Source: Mustelus asterias (Eukaryota). Taken from it: a DNA stretch of 64,000 bases. Shown in pieces: positions 14,101 to 26,100 of this stretch. Location: positions 12,958,001 to 13,022,000 of the forward strand of contig NC_135825.1 in assembly GCF_964213995.1 (NCBI RefSeq), in the 5' to 3' direction. Made by a program: the position numbers and the translations under genes. Numbering within the stretch: position 1 is the first letter of the stretch; each line of letters starts with the position of its first letter. A model generated the notes under the pieces. That model saw only the letters and a list, made by a program, of their open reading frames with translations, was not told the origin of the DNA and ran no database searches.

Positions 14101-17100
14101 TCCTTGAACTGCCTTCTTGAATCACTGCAGCTCATGAAGTGTACGTACACCCACAGTGCTGTTAGGGAAGGAGTTCCAGGATTGAGCCAGTGACGGTGAA
14201 GGAACGGCGATATATTTCCCAGTCTGGATGGTGTGTGTTTTGGAGGGAAGCTTGTAAGTGGTGGTGTTCCCATGCACAGGTTTGGAAGGAGATTTAATTC
14301 ATTGCTTTGTGTTTCCAGAGTAACTTGTATTAGATCGAGGGTGACTCAATGTGGTTTGAATCAATAAAGGCTTTATTGCCAACAATATGGCATGCTTGCC
14401 TTCATCAGACTGGGCATCGAGTATAAAAGTTGGCAAATTATGTTACAATTGTCTCAAACGTTGGTTAGGCCACATTTGGAATGCTGTGTCCAATTCTGGT
14501 CACCACACCACCAGAAGGATGTGGAGGCTTTGGAGAGAGTGAGGAAAAGGTTTACCAGGATGTTGCCTGGTACAGAGGGTATTAGCTATGAGGAGAGATT
14601 GAATAAACTGGGATTGTTCTCCCTGGAAAGACGGAGGCTGAGGGACAACCAGGTAGAAGTTTATAAAATTATGAGAGGTATAGATAGGGTGAACAGTTGG
14701 AAGCTTTTTCCCAGGGCAGAAATGACAATTACAAGGGGGCACAATTCAAGATAACGGGGGAAAGGTTCAGTGGAGATGTGCGGGGGAAGTTTTTTACACA
14801 GAGGGTGGTGGGGGCCTGGAATGCACTGCCAGGTGAGGTGGTTGAGGCACATTTAAGATTTAGATCGATCGGCATAGGAACAAACGGGGAATAGAGGGAT
14901 ATAAGCGGCAGGTCGAGATAGGTCAACATGATCAGCACAGGCTTGGAGGGCCGAAGGGCCTGTTCCTGTGCTGTACTGTTCTTTGTTCCTCACAATAAGA
15001 ATATATATATATATACACACCAAGGTCAGACTGAATTACAATGCAAATCTACTACCCGGCTCCCTGGCTCCAACTGCAAGACATTCCTCAACCCGTGGTT
15101 CACACCCTCTTGCCGATTGGCTCAGCTTCCAGGCTTCAGAATCCACAGGGCCTGACCCAATCACATGGCCCTCTAAACACTCCCCCACCCCAATTAAAGG
15201 GCCACAATCCTTCCCCCTAAAATCCGAAATACAACTATGGAGGAATAAAGAACAGGATTAGTGTTAAAATGAAAAGAGTAACAGAAATGGAAAACTCATC
15301 GAAGGTTTAATCAGTCCAGAGAATTCCAGTCTCTGGACCTGAATGTTTGTACCGCACTCTCCACTGGTCCATTTGAGGCTGCGTGGGAAGGTGTTGACCT
15401 CACATGGTGAATGCCATTGGACTTGAGGAATTTTTGGTTTTCTTCCACAGTGAATGATGTGCCATTGTCCGACACAACCACTTCCGGAATGCCACGGATA
15501 GCAGAGAATTTCCTCAATTGATCAATGGTGTCCGTGGCTGTTGGGGACTTCATCAACTGCATATCCGACTACAACTAATATAAGAAACACATGACCCAGA
15601 AATGGCCCGGCAAAATCTATATGTAACTTCGACAAAGGTCGACCAGGCCATTCCCAAAGATGCAAATTCATCTGTGGTGGTGAAGCCCATTGAGCTTCAT
15701 AACTAGAGCATTGACGAACCATCCGTTCTGTTTCCCTGCCAATGCCTGGTGAAAACACATATGCCTGGGGCCTTCATTCTACTTTGACCTCGATGACAGT
15801 GGTGCAGTTCTTGTAACAGGAGTGAAAGTTAAAGTCATAAGTCGGCTTACATTCACACTGCAATGGAGTTACTGTGAAAATCCCCGAGTCGCCACAATCC
15901 GGCGCCCGTTCGGGTACACTGAGGGAGAATTTAGCGTGGCCAATTCACCTAAGCAGCACGTCTTTGAAGTGTGGGAGGAAACCGGAGCACCCGGAGGAAA
16001 CCCACACAGACACGGGAAGAACATGCAGACACGACACAGACAGTGACCCAAGCCGGGAATCAAACCCTGGTCCCTGGCGCTGCGACACAGCAGTGCTAAC
16101 CACTGTGCCACCATACCTTCCTGGAGTCATCTCCCCAGGGGTGGCACGAGAAACTCTCGCCACCCGCAGCAACACCCCATCTTCACAGGTTATCTCCATC
16201 CTTCTACTTTGGTAGGGTTTGAGCTACTCTGACTTATATCACCACCCTCGTATTACCATCTTCTTTACTTCTGACCATACCGGCTCTCTTTTTTCCACAG
16301 TTTTATATGTTTCACCGAGACTGGCAAGGTCTCTACCAGATGCAGAGCCAGTATAATCTCTTGAGGAACCGGTGGTGGTGCGACTGTTTGTGGCAAAGGC
16401 AACAGCTAATTGCATCAGCTCGTGATATCTGCGTTCCAGGGTGATGCTGAAACGTATAACTGTACGCTGCAAACAAAGGAGCCCATCTCTGCATCCTTAC
16501 AGAGGCAATTAGTGGCACCGGCTTCTCTAAATAGACCTAACAATGGCTTGTGGCCTGAAACTATTGTAAAATGTCGCCCATAAATGACCAGCAAGTTTTC
16601 CTCATCTCTCTGGGAGTATTTCTTTTCCACATTTGATCCTGTCTCTCTCTCACACACACACTCTCCCCCTCACTCTCTCTCATTCTCTCGCTCACAAACT
16701 TTCTCTCACTCACAAACTTTCTCTCACTCTCAATACCACACACACACACTCTGTCTCTTATTCTCTCTCGCAATCACATACGCACTCTACCTTTCTCTCA
16801 CTCTCTCTCACTCTCTCCACACACACACACACACACACACACACTCTCCCTCTCACTCTCCTCCAACCCCTCCACACACACATGCACACACTCTCTCTCT
16901 CTCTCTCTTACTTACTCTCTACCTCACACACACAATCTCTCTCACTCCCGCGCACACATACACACCCACACGCACACACACACACAAACAGCAGTCACCC
17001 TCTTCCACCCTCCATCCTGGCCTAGGACTTTGCTCAACAGAGTCTCACTCTTGGACCTTGTGGCCATCTCTCCTCCCCAGGGCCTCCTCACACTTGTCCC

Positions 17101-20100
17101 CGGGCCCAGTTTCGAGATGCTGGAGTTGGGTTCCGGTGCACTCTGTTAGCAACACCCCACTAGTGGAAGGGCAGGTTGAGAGGCAGTTGTGCGATTCTTG
17201 GGGATGGCACGGTGGCACAGTGGTTAGCACTGCTGCCTCACAGCACCAGGGACCTGGGTTCAAGTCCTGGCTTGGCTCACTGTCTGTGCAGAGTCTGCTA
17301 ATTCTCCCCATCTCTGTGTGGGTGTCCTCTGGGTGCTCAGGTTTCCTCCCACAGACCAAAAGACATGCTGGTTAGGTGCATTGGCCATGCTAAATTCTCC
17401 CTCAGTGCACCCAAGCAGGTGCCGGAGTGTGGCGACTAGGGGATTTTCACAGTAACTTGGTTGCAGTGTTAATATAAGCCTATCTTTGATAATAAAATAA
17501 ATAAATAAAATTGGAGTATTAATTAGGGAAATGAGGTGTTCCACTAAACCTTTACTAATCACTGATTAGGTCTCTGCTGGAGTACTGGGTTCAATTCTGG
17601 GCACCACACTCGAGGAAGGAGGTCAAGGCCCTGGCAAGGGCACAGAGCAGATTTACCAGGATGATGCCAAGGATGAGGGTGTTTGGTTATGTGAACAGAT
17701 TGGAGAAACTGGGATTATTGTTCTTGAAACAGAGAATATTAAAGGGAAACCTAATCAATGTATTGAAAATGAGGAAGGGATTTAAAAGGCAGTTGGACAT
17801 GTGTTTGGAGGGGACTAATGTGCAGGGTTGTGGGGGAAGCTGGGCCGTGGGATTCAATTGGACAATAAATTTCCAAAGAGCTGGCACAGTCATGATAGGC
17901 CGAATGTCCTCCATCTCTGCTTTAAGATTCTTGATTCCAGTGCCACCCAGGACTTGTGTGTGTCCCCTTGTGAAGCACTGGCTAGCATGGGACCAAAAGG
18001 ATTGTCTACAATTGGTTGTTGGGATATTTCCAGCTTTCTTAAAATGTTATGTTTCACCAACAGTTTTATGGACACAAACTGCCTCGATAGTGATGAAAGC
18101 TGCAGTGGGAGAAACCATCACTGTGGAATGTCCACAGGCAACACAGCAAAAACACCAAGAAATCTGGTGGTGTAAGATAACTTCAGAAACTCGTTGCAAT
18201 CATATACCGATCATTGACGGAGACAGAGTCTGGAATGTTGATGCAAGAACATCGATCACTAATACCAACGGTAACATTTCTCTAACCATACAACAACTTG
18301 AGGAGACAGACGCAGGAACATACTGGTGTGGATCTCGATATCAAAACACTCTCCATGCTTTAGATGTTGTAATACTGAAGGTTTTCTCAGGTAAGAATAT
18401 TTCAGAAGATTGATTATAGCTCTGATAATGTGATCTGGCTGCAATAACACAGGACAGCTGCTGTGTGCTGTGTGAACTCAGATTAATAAAATATTATCAC
18501 AACTCCTCATGTACAAGTAGTGACCTCCCATATTCCCATTTCTATCCATTTCCATTAACCTATTTCCACATCCTTTCCATTTATACTCTTACAAACCAAA
18601 AATCATATTCCGCCCAAGCCTCTTTTATTGATACTTTTATGAAAAGTAAGTGTCGAGAACTGCACTTACAGTCCATCCCTAATTATCCTTGAACTGCCTT
18701 CTTGAATCACTGCAGCTCACGAGGTGTACGTACACCCACAGTGCTGTTAGGGAGGAAGTTCCAGGATTGAGCCAGTGACAGTGAAGGAACGGCGATATAT
18801 TTCCCAGTCTCGATGGTGTGTGTTTTGGAGGGGAGCTTGTAAGTGGTGGTGTTCCCATGTACCTGCTTCCCTCCTCCTTCTAGGTGTTAGATGTTGCAGG
18901 TTTGGAAGGAGATTTAAATCATTGCTTTGTAATAGATCGAGGGCGACTCAATCTGGATTGAATGAATTAAGGCTTTTTTGCCAACAATAAGAATATACCT
19001 ATATATACATATACATGTGCAACAAGGTCAGACTGAATTACAATGCGAATCTACTACTCGGCTCCAACTGCAAAACGTTCCTTCATCCGTGTTTCGCACC
19101 CTCTTGCCAATTGGCTCAGCTTCCCACCTTGACAATCCACAGCGCCTGACCCAATCACATGGCCCTCTAAACACTCCCCCACCCCAATTAAAGGGCCACA
19201 ATCTTTCCCACTAAAATCCGAAATACAACTATGGAGGAATAAAGAACAGGCTCAGTGTTAAAGTGAAAAGAGTAACAGAAATGGAAAACTCATTAAAGGT
19301 TTAATCAGTCCAGAGGATTCCGGTCTCTGGCAGAGTGCCTCAGTTCAGTGGTTTGCTCTCCGAAGTTTAAAGGGCCAGACGGGACAGACAGACTCATCAA
19401 TCCAGGGTCTGGTGGCTCTTCAGCAGCTTCTGGTTCCTCAGTCTCCACAACCAGCGGTTGCTGCGCTCCCACATTCTCCACCAAAATCCCAGTAACCAAC
19501 CCCGGCAAAGTTCAACCAACTGCAGGGGGCACCTGTTGATCCTCTGCGTCCATCACTCTCTCCTCCTTCGATGGTCTACCTGTTTCCTGAGCTGACAGCT
19601 TTGTATCTCCACAACGTCGGAGACCGGTCCTGTTCTCTCCACAATTTTACCAGCCACCCAGGACGGGCCTGGTGTAAAATACCTGACCAAGACTGCACCC
19701 CCACTTGAAACACTCTGTTTCCTTTTCTTGAATCACAGTTTTCCTTCTGAAAGACTAACCTAGCCTGCACACTCCCTGGCGAATTTGGAAACATCATGTC
19801 CAGTTGTGTTCTGAACTCGCATCCCATCAGCAACTCTGCTGGAATAACCCCTGTGGTCACGTTTGGGGTGGGGTTATAAGACAACAAAAAACTGTCCATA
19901 CAAAAAGGAAGAGAACAGTTTACTTGTTTTATTATTGATGATTTGAATGTTTGTACCACACTCTCCACTGGTCCATTTGAGGCTGCGTGGGAAGGTGTTG
20001 ATCTCACATGGTGAATGCCATTGGGCTTGAGGAATTTTTGGAATTCTTCCACAGTGAATGATGTGCCATTGTCCGACACAACCACTTCCGGAATGCCATG

Positions 20101-23100
20101 GATAGCAGAGAATTTCCTCAATCCATCAATGGTGTCCGTGGCTGTTGGGGACTTCATCAACTGCATATCCAACTACAACTAACATATGGCCCAGAAATGG
20201 CCGGCAAAATCTATATGTAACTTCGACCAAGGTTGACCAGGTCATTCCCAATGGTGGTGAAGCCCATTGAGCTTCGTAACTATGGCATTGATGAACCATC
20301 CGTTCTGTTTCCCTGCCAATGCCTGGTGAAAACACATATACCTGGGGCCTTCATTCTACTTTGACCTCGATGAGAGTGGTGCAGTTCTTCTAACAGGAGT
20401 TAAAGTTAAAGTCACAAGTAGGCTCACATTCACACCAATGAAGTTACTGTGAAAATCTCCATGTCACCACAATCCGGCGCCTCTTCGGATACACTGAGGG
20501 ATAATTTAGCGTGGCCAATTCATCTAACCAGCATGTCTTTGGAGTGTGGGAGGAAACCAGAGCACCGAGAGGAAACCCAACAGACACGGGAAGAACATGC
20601 AGACACGACTCAGACAGTGATCCAAGCTGGGAATCAAACCTTGGTCCCTGGCGCTGCGACGCAGCTGTGCTAACCACTGTGCCACCATACCTTCCTGGAG
20701 TCATCTCCCCAGGGGTGGCACGAGAAACTCTCGCCACCCACAGCAACACCCCATCTTCACAGGTTATCTCCATCCTTCTACTTTGGTAGGGTTTGAGCTA
20801 CTCTGACTTATATCGCCACCCTCGTATTACCATCTTCTTTACTTCTGACCATACCGGCTCTCTTTTTTCCACAGTTTTATATGTTTCGCCGAGACTGGCA
20901 AGGTCTCTACCAGATGCAGAGCCAGTATAATCTCTTGAGGAACCGGTGGTGGTGCGACTGTTTGTGGCAAAGGCAACCGCTAATTGCGTCTGCTCGTGAT
21001 ATCTGCGTTCCAGGGTGATGCTGAAACGTATAACTGTACGCTGCAAACTAAGGAGCCCATCTCTGCATCCTTGCAGCGGCAATTAGTGGCACCGGCTTCT
21101 CTAAATAGACCTAACAATGGCTTGTGGCCTGAAACTATTGTAAAATGTCGCCCATAAATGACCAGCAAGTTTTCCTCATCTCTCTGGAAGGATGACACAC
21201 ACACTCTATCTCTCTCTTATTCTTTCTCCCAATTACACACACACTCTAACTTTCTCTCACTCACTCTCACTCTCACTCTCTCTATACACACACACACACA
21301 CACTCCTTCTCACTCTCTCCCCACCCCCCACACACTCATGCACACACTCTCTCTCTCTCTCTCTCACACGCTTACAGAACAAAGAGATCTAGGGGTACAT
21401 GTTCATAGCTCCTTGAAAGTGGAGTCACAGGTGGACAGAGTGGTGAAGAAGGCATTCGGCATGCTTGGTTTCATCAGTCAGAACATTGAATACAGGAGTT
21501 GGGACGTCTTGTTAAAGTTGTACAAGACATTGGTAAGGCCACACTTGGAATGCTGTGTGCAATTCTGGTCACCCGATTATAGAAAGGGTATTATTAAACT
21601 AGAAAGAGTGCAGAAAACTGCACTATAAGTGCAGTTCTCGACACTCACTTTTCATAAAAGTATCAATAAAAGAGGCTTGGGTGGAATATGATTTTTGGTT
21701 TGTAAGAGTATAAATGGAAGGGATTTGGAAATAGGTTAATGGAAAATGATAGAAATGGGAATATGGGAGGTCACTACTTGTACATGAGGAGTTGTGATAA
21801 TACTTTATTAATCTGAGTTCACACAGCACACAGCAGCTGTCCTGTGTTATTTTCTGGGATGCTACCGGGACTTAATGAATTGAGTTATAAGGAGAGGCTG
21901 AATAGACTGGGACTTTTTTCTCTGGAGCGTAGGAGGCTGAGGGGTGATCTTATAGAGGTCTATAAAATAATGAGGGGCATAGACAAGGTAGATAGTCAAT
22001 ATCTTTTCCCAAAGGTAGGGGAGTCTAAAACTAGAGGGCATAGGTTTAAGGTGAGAGGGGAGAGATACAAAAGTGTCCAGAGGGGCACTTTTTTCACACA
22101 GAGGGTGGTGAGTGTCTGGAACAAGCTGCCAGAGGTAGTAGTAGAGGCGGGTACAATTTTATCTTTTAAAAAGCATTTAGATAGTTACATGGGTACGATG
22201 GGTATAGAGGGATATGGGCCAAATGCGGGCAATTGGTATTAGTTTAGGGGATTTTTTTAAAAAGGGCGGCATGGACAAGTTGGGCTAAAGGGCCTGTTTC
22301 CATGCTGTAAACCTCTATGACTCTCCCTCTCACACACAAACACACACACAGTCGTCATTCTCTTCCACCCTCCATCCCAGCCTAGGGCTTTGCCCAACAG
22401 AGTCTCACTCCTGGGCCTTGTGGCCAACTCTCCTCCCCAGGCCTCCTCAAACTTGTCCGCAGGCCCAGTCTGGAGATGCTGGAGTTGGGTTCCGGTGCAT
22501 TCTGACAGCAACACCCCACTGGTGGAAGGGCAGGTTGAGAGGCAGTTGTGGGATTCTTGAGGACGGCACAGTGGCACAGTGGTTAGCCTCACAGCACCAG
22601 AGACCTGGGTTTGATTCCAGGCTTGGGTCACTGTCTACGTGGAGTTTGCACATTCACCCCGTGTCTGTTTGGGTTTTCTCCGGGTGTTCCGTTTTCCTCC
22701 CACAGACCGAAAGATGTGCTGGTTAGGTGCATTGGCTTTCTAGTTTAATAATATCCTTTCAATAATAGGGTGACCAGAATTGCACACAGTATTCCAAATG
22801 TGGCCTTACCAATGTTTTGGTAAGACTCCCCCATTCCCCAACCAACCTCCACCTTGAACAAATCTATCAGCAAAATCCAGCTTGTTGTTACCACTCGATA
22901 CCAGGAGGGTGATCCAGTCTGGAAAGTGCCTGCCTGGTTCAGCGAAGACAGATAAACTGCCTGTCTGAAGGTTTCTGCATTAAGTTAACTGTAAGACTTT
23001 AGAAGTGGCCTCTCTTATTAGCAAGCTTGCTGTGAGATGTTACCCTGGCCTTCTTGTGACATGTTAAAACCGACCTTCCTGTGACATGTTAAAAATGGCC

Positions 23101-26100
23101 TTCCTGTCACATGTTAAAACCAACCTTCCTGTGACGTGTTAAAACTGGCCTCTCTGCTTCTGCGGGAGTTGGCAATTATACCCTGGCTATCTTTGATTCT
23201 GCTCACTGTTTTCTGAACTGTCTGCCTCTCCCACATTCCTTGACCCTCGAAAATTAGGATCTGTATGCCACCCCTGATGCTACAGATATCTCGCGAAACC
23301 ACTTCCTGATAACAGGGCCATTTACGTCTGAACTTATCTAGATGGTTGCTAGGGAACACATCTCATCAGCCCATTTGAATGTGGGTTCCTGCTGTTGCCA
23401 GGCAGATTCTTCCTATTTTGCGAAGGGCACTGCCCCCGACCACCCAGGAGGCTTCAATGATCTCCACTCCCACTGCCGAGGCAATCACATCTGGTACCCG
23501 TTGCTGGGGAACCGTACGTGATCCTCGCAAGTAAGGACCTCGACTAGTGGCAAGGTAAGGGCAAGTGAACCCAGACAATAGCGTGTGGTACTCACTAATT
23601 ACTCACGCACTCTCAAAGATTCCTCTCACGCCGCCCTCCCCCCTCCTCAACCCCCCATCCAGACACCACTCCCCCACTCCTGGATTGCGCCAGTCTTCTT
23701 TCCTCATAAGGGCAATGGGCCCAGTGCAGGAAGGTGGGATTACAAAGTGAACCTGGGTGTCCTTGGGCTGGCATGGACAAGATGGGCCAAATGACCTACT
23801 TCTGAGCTGTAATTTTTCAATGGTTCTGTCCTACCCCCGTTTCCCACTTCCTCCTCCCTCTGCCCCTCTCCCCTCCACCCCACTCTTCTGCTCTCCTCTC
23901 GCCATCCCCCACTCTACGCCCAGGGCCACCGAGACTCACTCCTCCAATCCTGAATACAGCATAATAGTAATGCATACATTAATAAAATGAACTAAGAACT
24001 AATGGGGATCTGATGGTGGTTTTGAACATCTGGACTGATAGCTTTTTTGGACTAAATAAAAATAAATAAATTCAGGTTTTATTTAATTCATTTCCTTGTG
24101 TTTTGATGCAGGTTTTCTGAGCGAATTCGATGCCTTTGATCACATTTGATGTCAAATGACAGTTGATCATTTTTAGCTCAAAAATAATGTCAACATTTTC
24201 TTGTAGCTTTTGATCTCAATGGGTGAGATTTCAACATTCTAGAATTTACCAGTGACCAGAATCTGAACTGGACTAGCCATGTAAACACTGTGGCTACTGG
24301 AGTAGGTCAAAGGCTAGGAATCCTGAGGCGAGTAACCCACCACCTGACTTTTCAAGGCTGACCATAGAACCACAGAAATGATACAGCACAGAAGGGGGTC
24401 ATTCAGCCCATCTTGTCCATGCTGAGCCAAAGACACTCAAGTGCCCTTTCTAATCCCATATTCATGCACACGGCCCATAGCCTGTAGCTTACAGGACTTA
24501 AGGTGCAGATCTGCCTCCACCACCAACTCAGGCACTGAATTCCATACCCACCATTGAGTGGGTATGGAAGTCAGGAAAGAGATGGAATACTCTCCATTTG
24601 TTTGGATGTGTGTAGCACCAACACTTAAGAAGCTCAACACTGTCCAGGACAAAACAGCCCACTTGATTGCTATCCCTTCCACAAAAAAACTCAATCCCTC
24701 CCCCATCAATGAACAGTGACAGTGTACCATCTACAAGATGCACTGCATGAACTTACCAAGACTCCTTAGGCAGCACCTTCCAAACCCACGACCACCACCA
24801 TCTAGAAGGACAAGAGCAACAAAAACCTGGGAACACCTTTCACCTGGAGGCTCCCCTCCAAGCCACTCAGCATCCTAATTTGGAAATGTATTGCTGTTCC
24901 TTTACTATCGCTGTGTCAAAGTCCTGGAATTCTCACCCTAACAGCACAGTGGGTATACTTTGCAATGAAGATTCAAACTCTATTTGACCTACAAGTAACA
25001 AACTCATGTTGCTTGTAAGTCTTTCATGTTCATCCAAAACTAGACCCAGTTCCTGTAGAACAGGCCTGGAGTTGGATACCATCCATCAACTTTGAAAATT
25101 CACCCAGACATGCTGAGCAATTTCATTGCAGCTGCAGAAAATAGAAATGGTTTTTATTAACCTTAGACCCAGACACCTCTGAAATTTTAAATGAAGTGTT
25201 TAGAATGAGCAAGAATTGAATACAGGAGCGTTTAACAATTACACTGCATTTTATGACTATAATCCTTTTCGTACTTTAAAAACAGAAAATATTGTTGACA
25301 TTTTCAATGTTTGGTTAATTTATCATGTTTTGGGCAATGAAAAATGTTCAGTTTTTCACCATTTTGAACTTTTAATGGCTCTTTTTCTCATTTATCAACA
25401 GGTAGATGGGAACCAATCCTATCAGAGGTCAGTGGTGTTGTGGGAAATGCCGCCACTATACCGTGTCTGTTCACGGAGAAGGAGAGACTCTATCAGAAAT
25501 TCTTGTGTAAAGCAACCTCTGTAAATAAATGTATTATTATTGCCAGCTCTAATGGAGTTCCAGAGAATCGGAATAACGGGAACGTTTCAATCACTATTGA
25601 TAATTCTTATAATTTTATCGTTACCATGAATAACATAGACAAAGGCAATGAAGGAGAGTATTGGTGTGGAGCAGAAAAAATCAATGACATAAAGATCGTA
25701 GCGATCAGAAACTTGACAATTACTGAAGGTAAGGATCAATATAAAATTATTATAATTCAATCAGTATTGTATAAAACTCACAAAACAATAACAGAGGCTG
25801 GCATGGTGGTGCAGTGGTTTGCACTGCTGCCTCACAGCACCAGGGACCCGGATTCCATTCCAGCCTCGGGTCACTGTCTGTGTGGAGTTTGCACATTCTC
25901 CCAGTGTCTGTGTGGGTTTCCTCCGGGTGATCAAGTTTCCTCCCACACTCCAAAGATGTGCGGGTTAGGTTGATTGGCCATGCTAAATTGACCCAAGCGT
26001 CAGGGGAATTACCAGGGTTAATATAGGTTACGGGAATAGGGCCTCGGTGGGATTGTAGTCGGTACAGACTCGATGGGCCAAATGGCCTCCTTCTGTCCTG

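Larger units (their letters stand above)
14326..16612 (-). mobile_element. Decayed Gypsy LTR retrotransposon, unit A copy (3' LTR 14326-15179 split by a CR1; integrase and RNase H remnants)
   Basis: [39 protein letters not shown] and [14 protein letters not shown]. About 600 bp deleted relative to unit B. Confidence 0.85.
11690..21187 (+). repeat. Tandem segmental duplication: unit A ~11690-16612, unit B ~16640-21187 (exon-to-exon period 4585 nt)
   Basis: Both units have the same order: CA/CT microsatellite, unique spacer, SINE, old CR1, Ig exon, intron, LINE piece, LTR, Gypsy integrase, SINE, Gypsy RNase H. Confidence 0.92.
21195..22737 (+). repeat. Truncated third unit of the duplication (no Ig exon)
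   Basis: Microsatellite, then the spacer (22350-22560) homologous to 11881-12058 and 16990-17203, then the SINE head, which is cut at 22737. Confidence 0.8.

Noticed and set aside
13030-18450. V(D)J-type recombination signals around the V exons
   Set aside because: The CACAGTG heptamers belong to SINE heads or LINE fragments. No heptamer-12/23-nonamer abuts either exon, and each exon already encodes its G strand and a splice donor.
19576-20172. Domesticated integrase gene
   Set aside because: The surrounding pol is fragmented by frameshifts, stops and a SINE, and the unit A copy is partly deleted.
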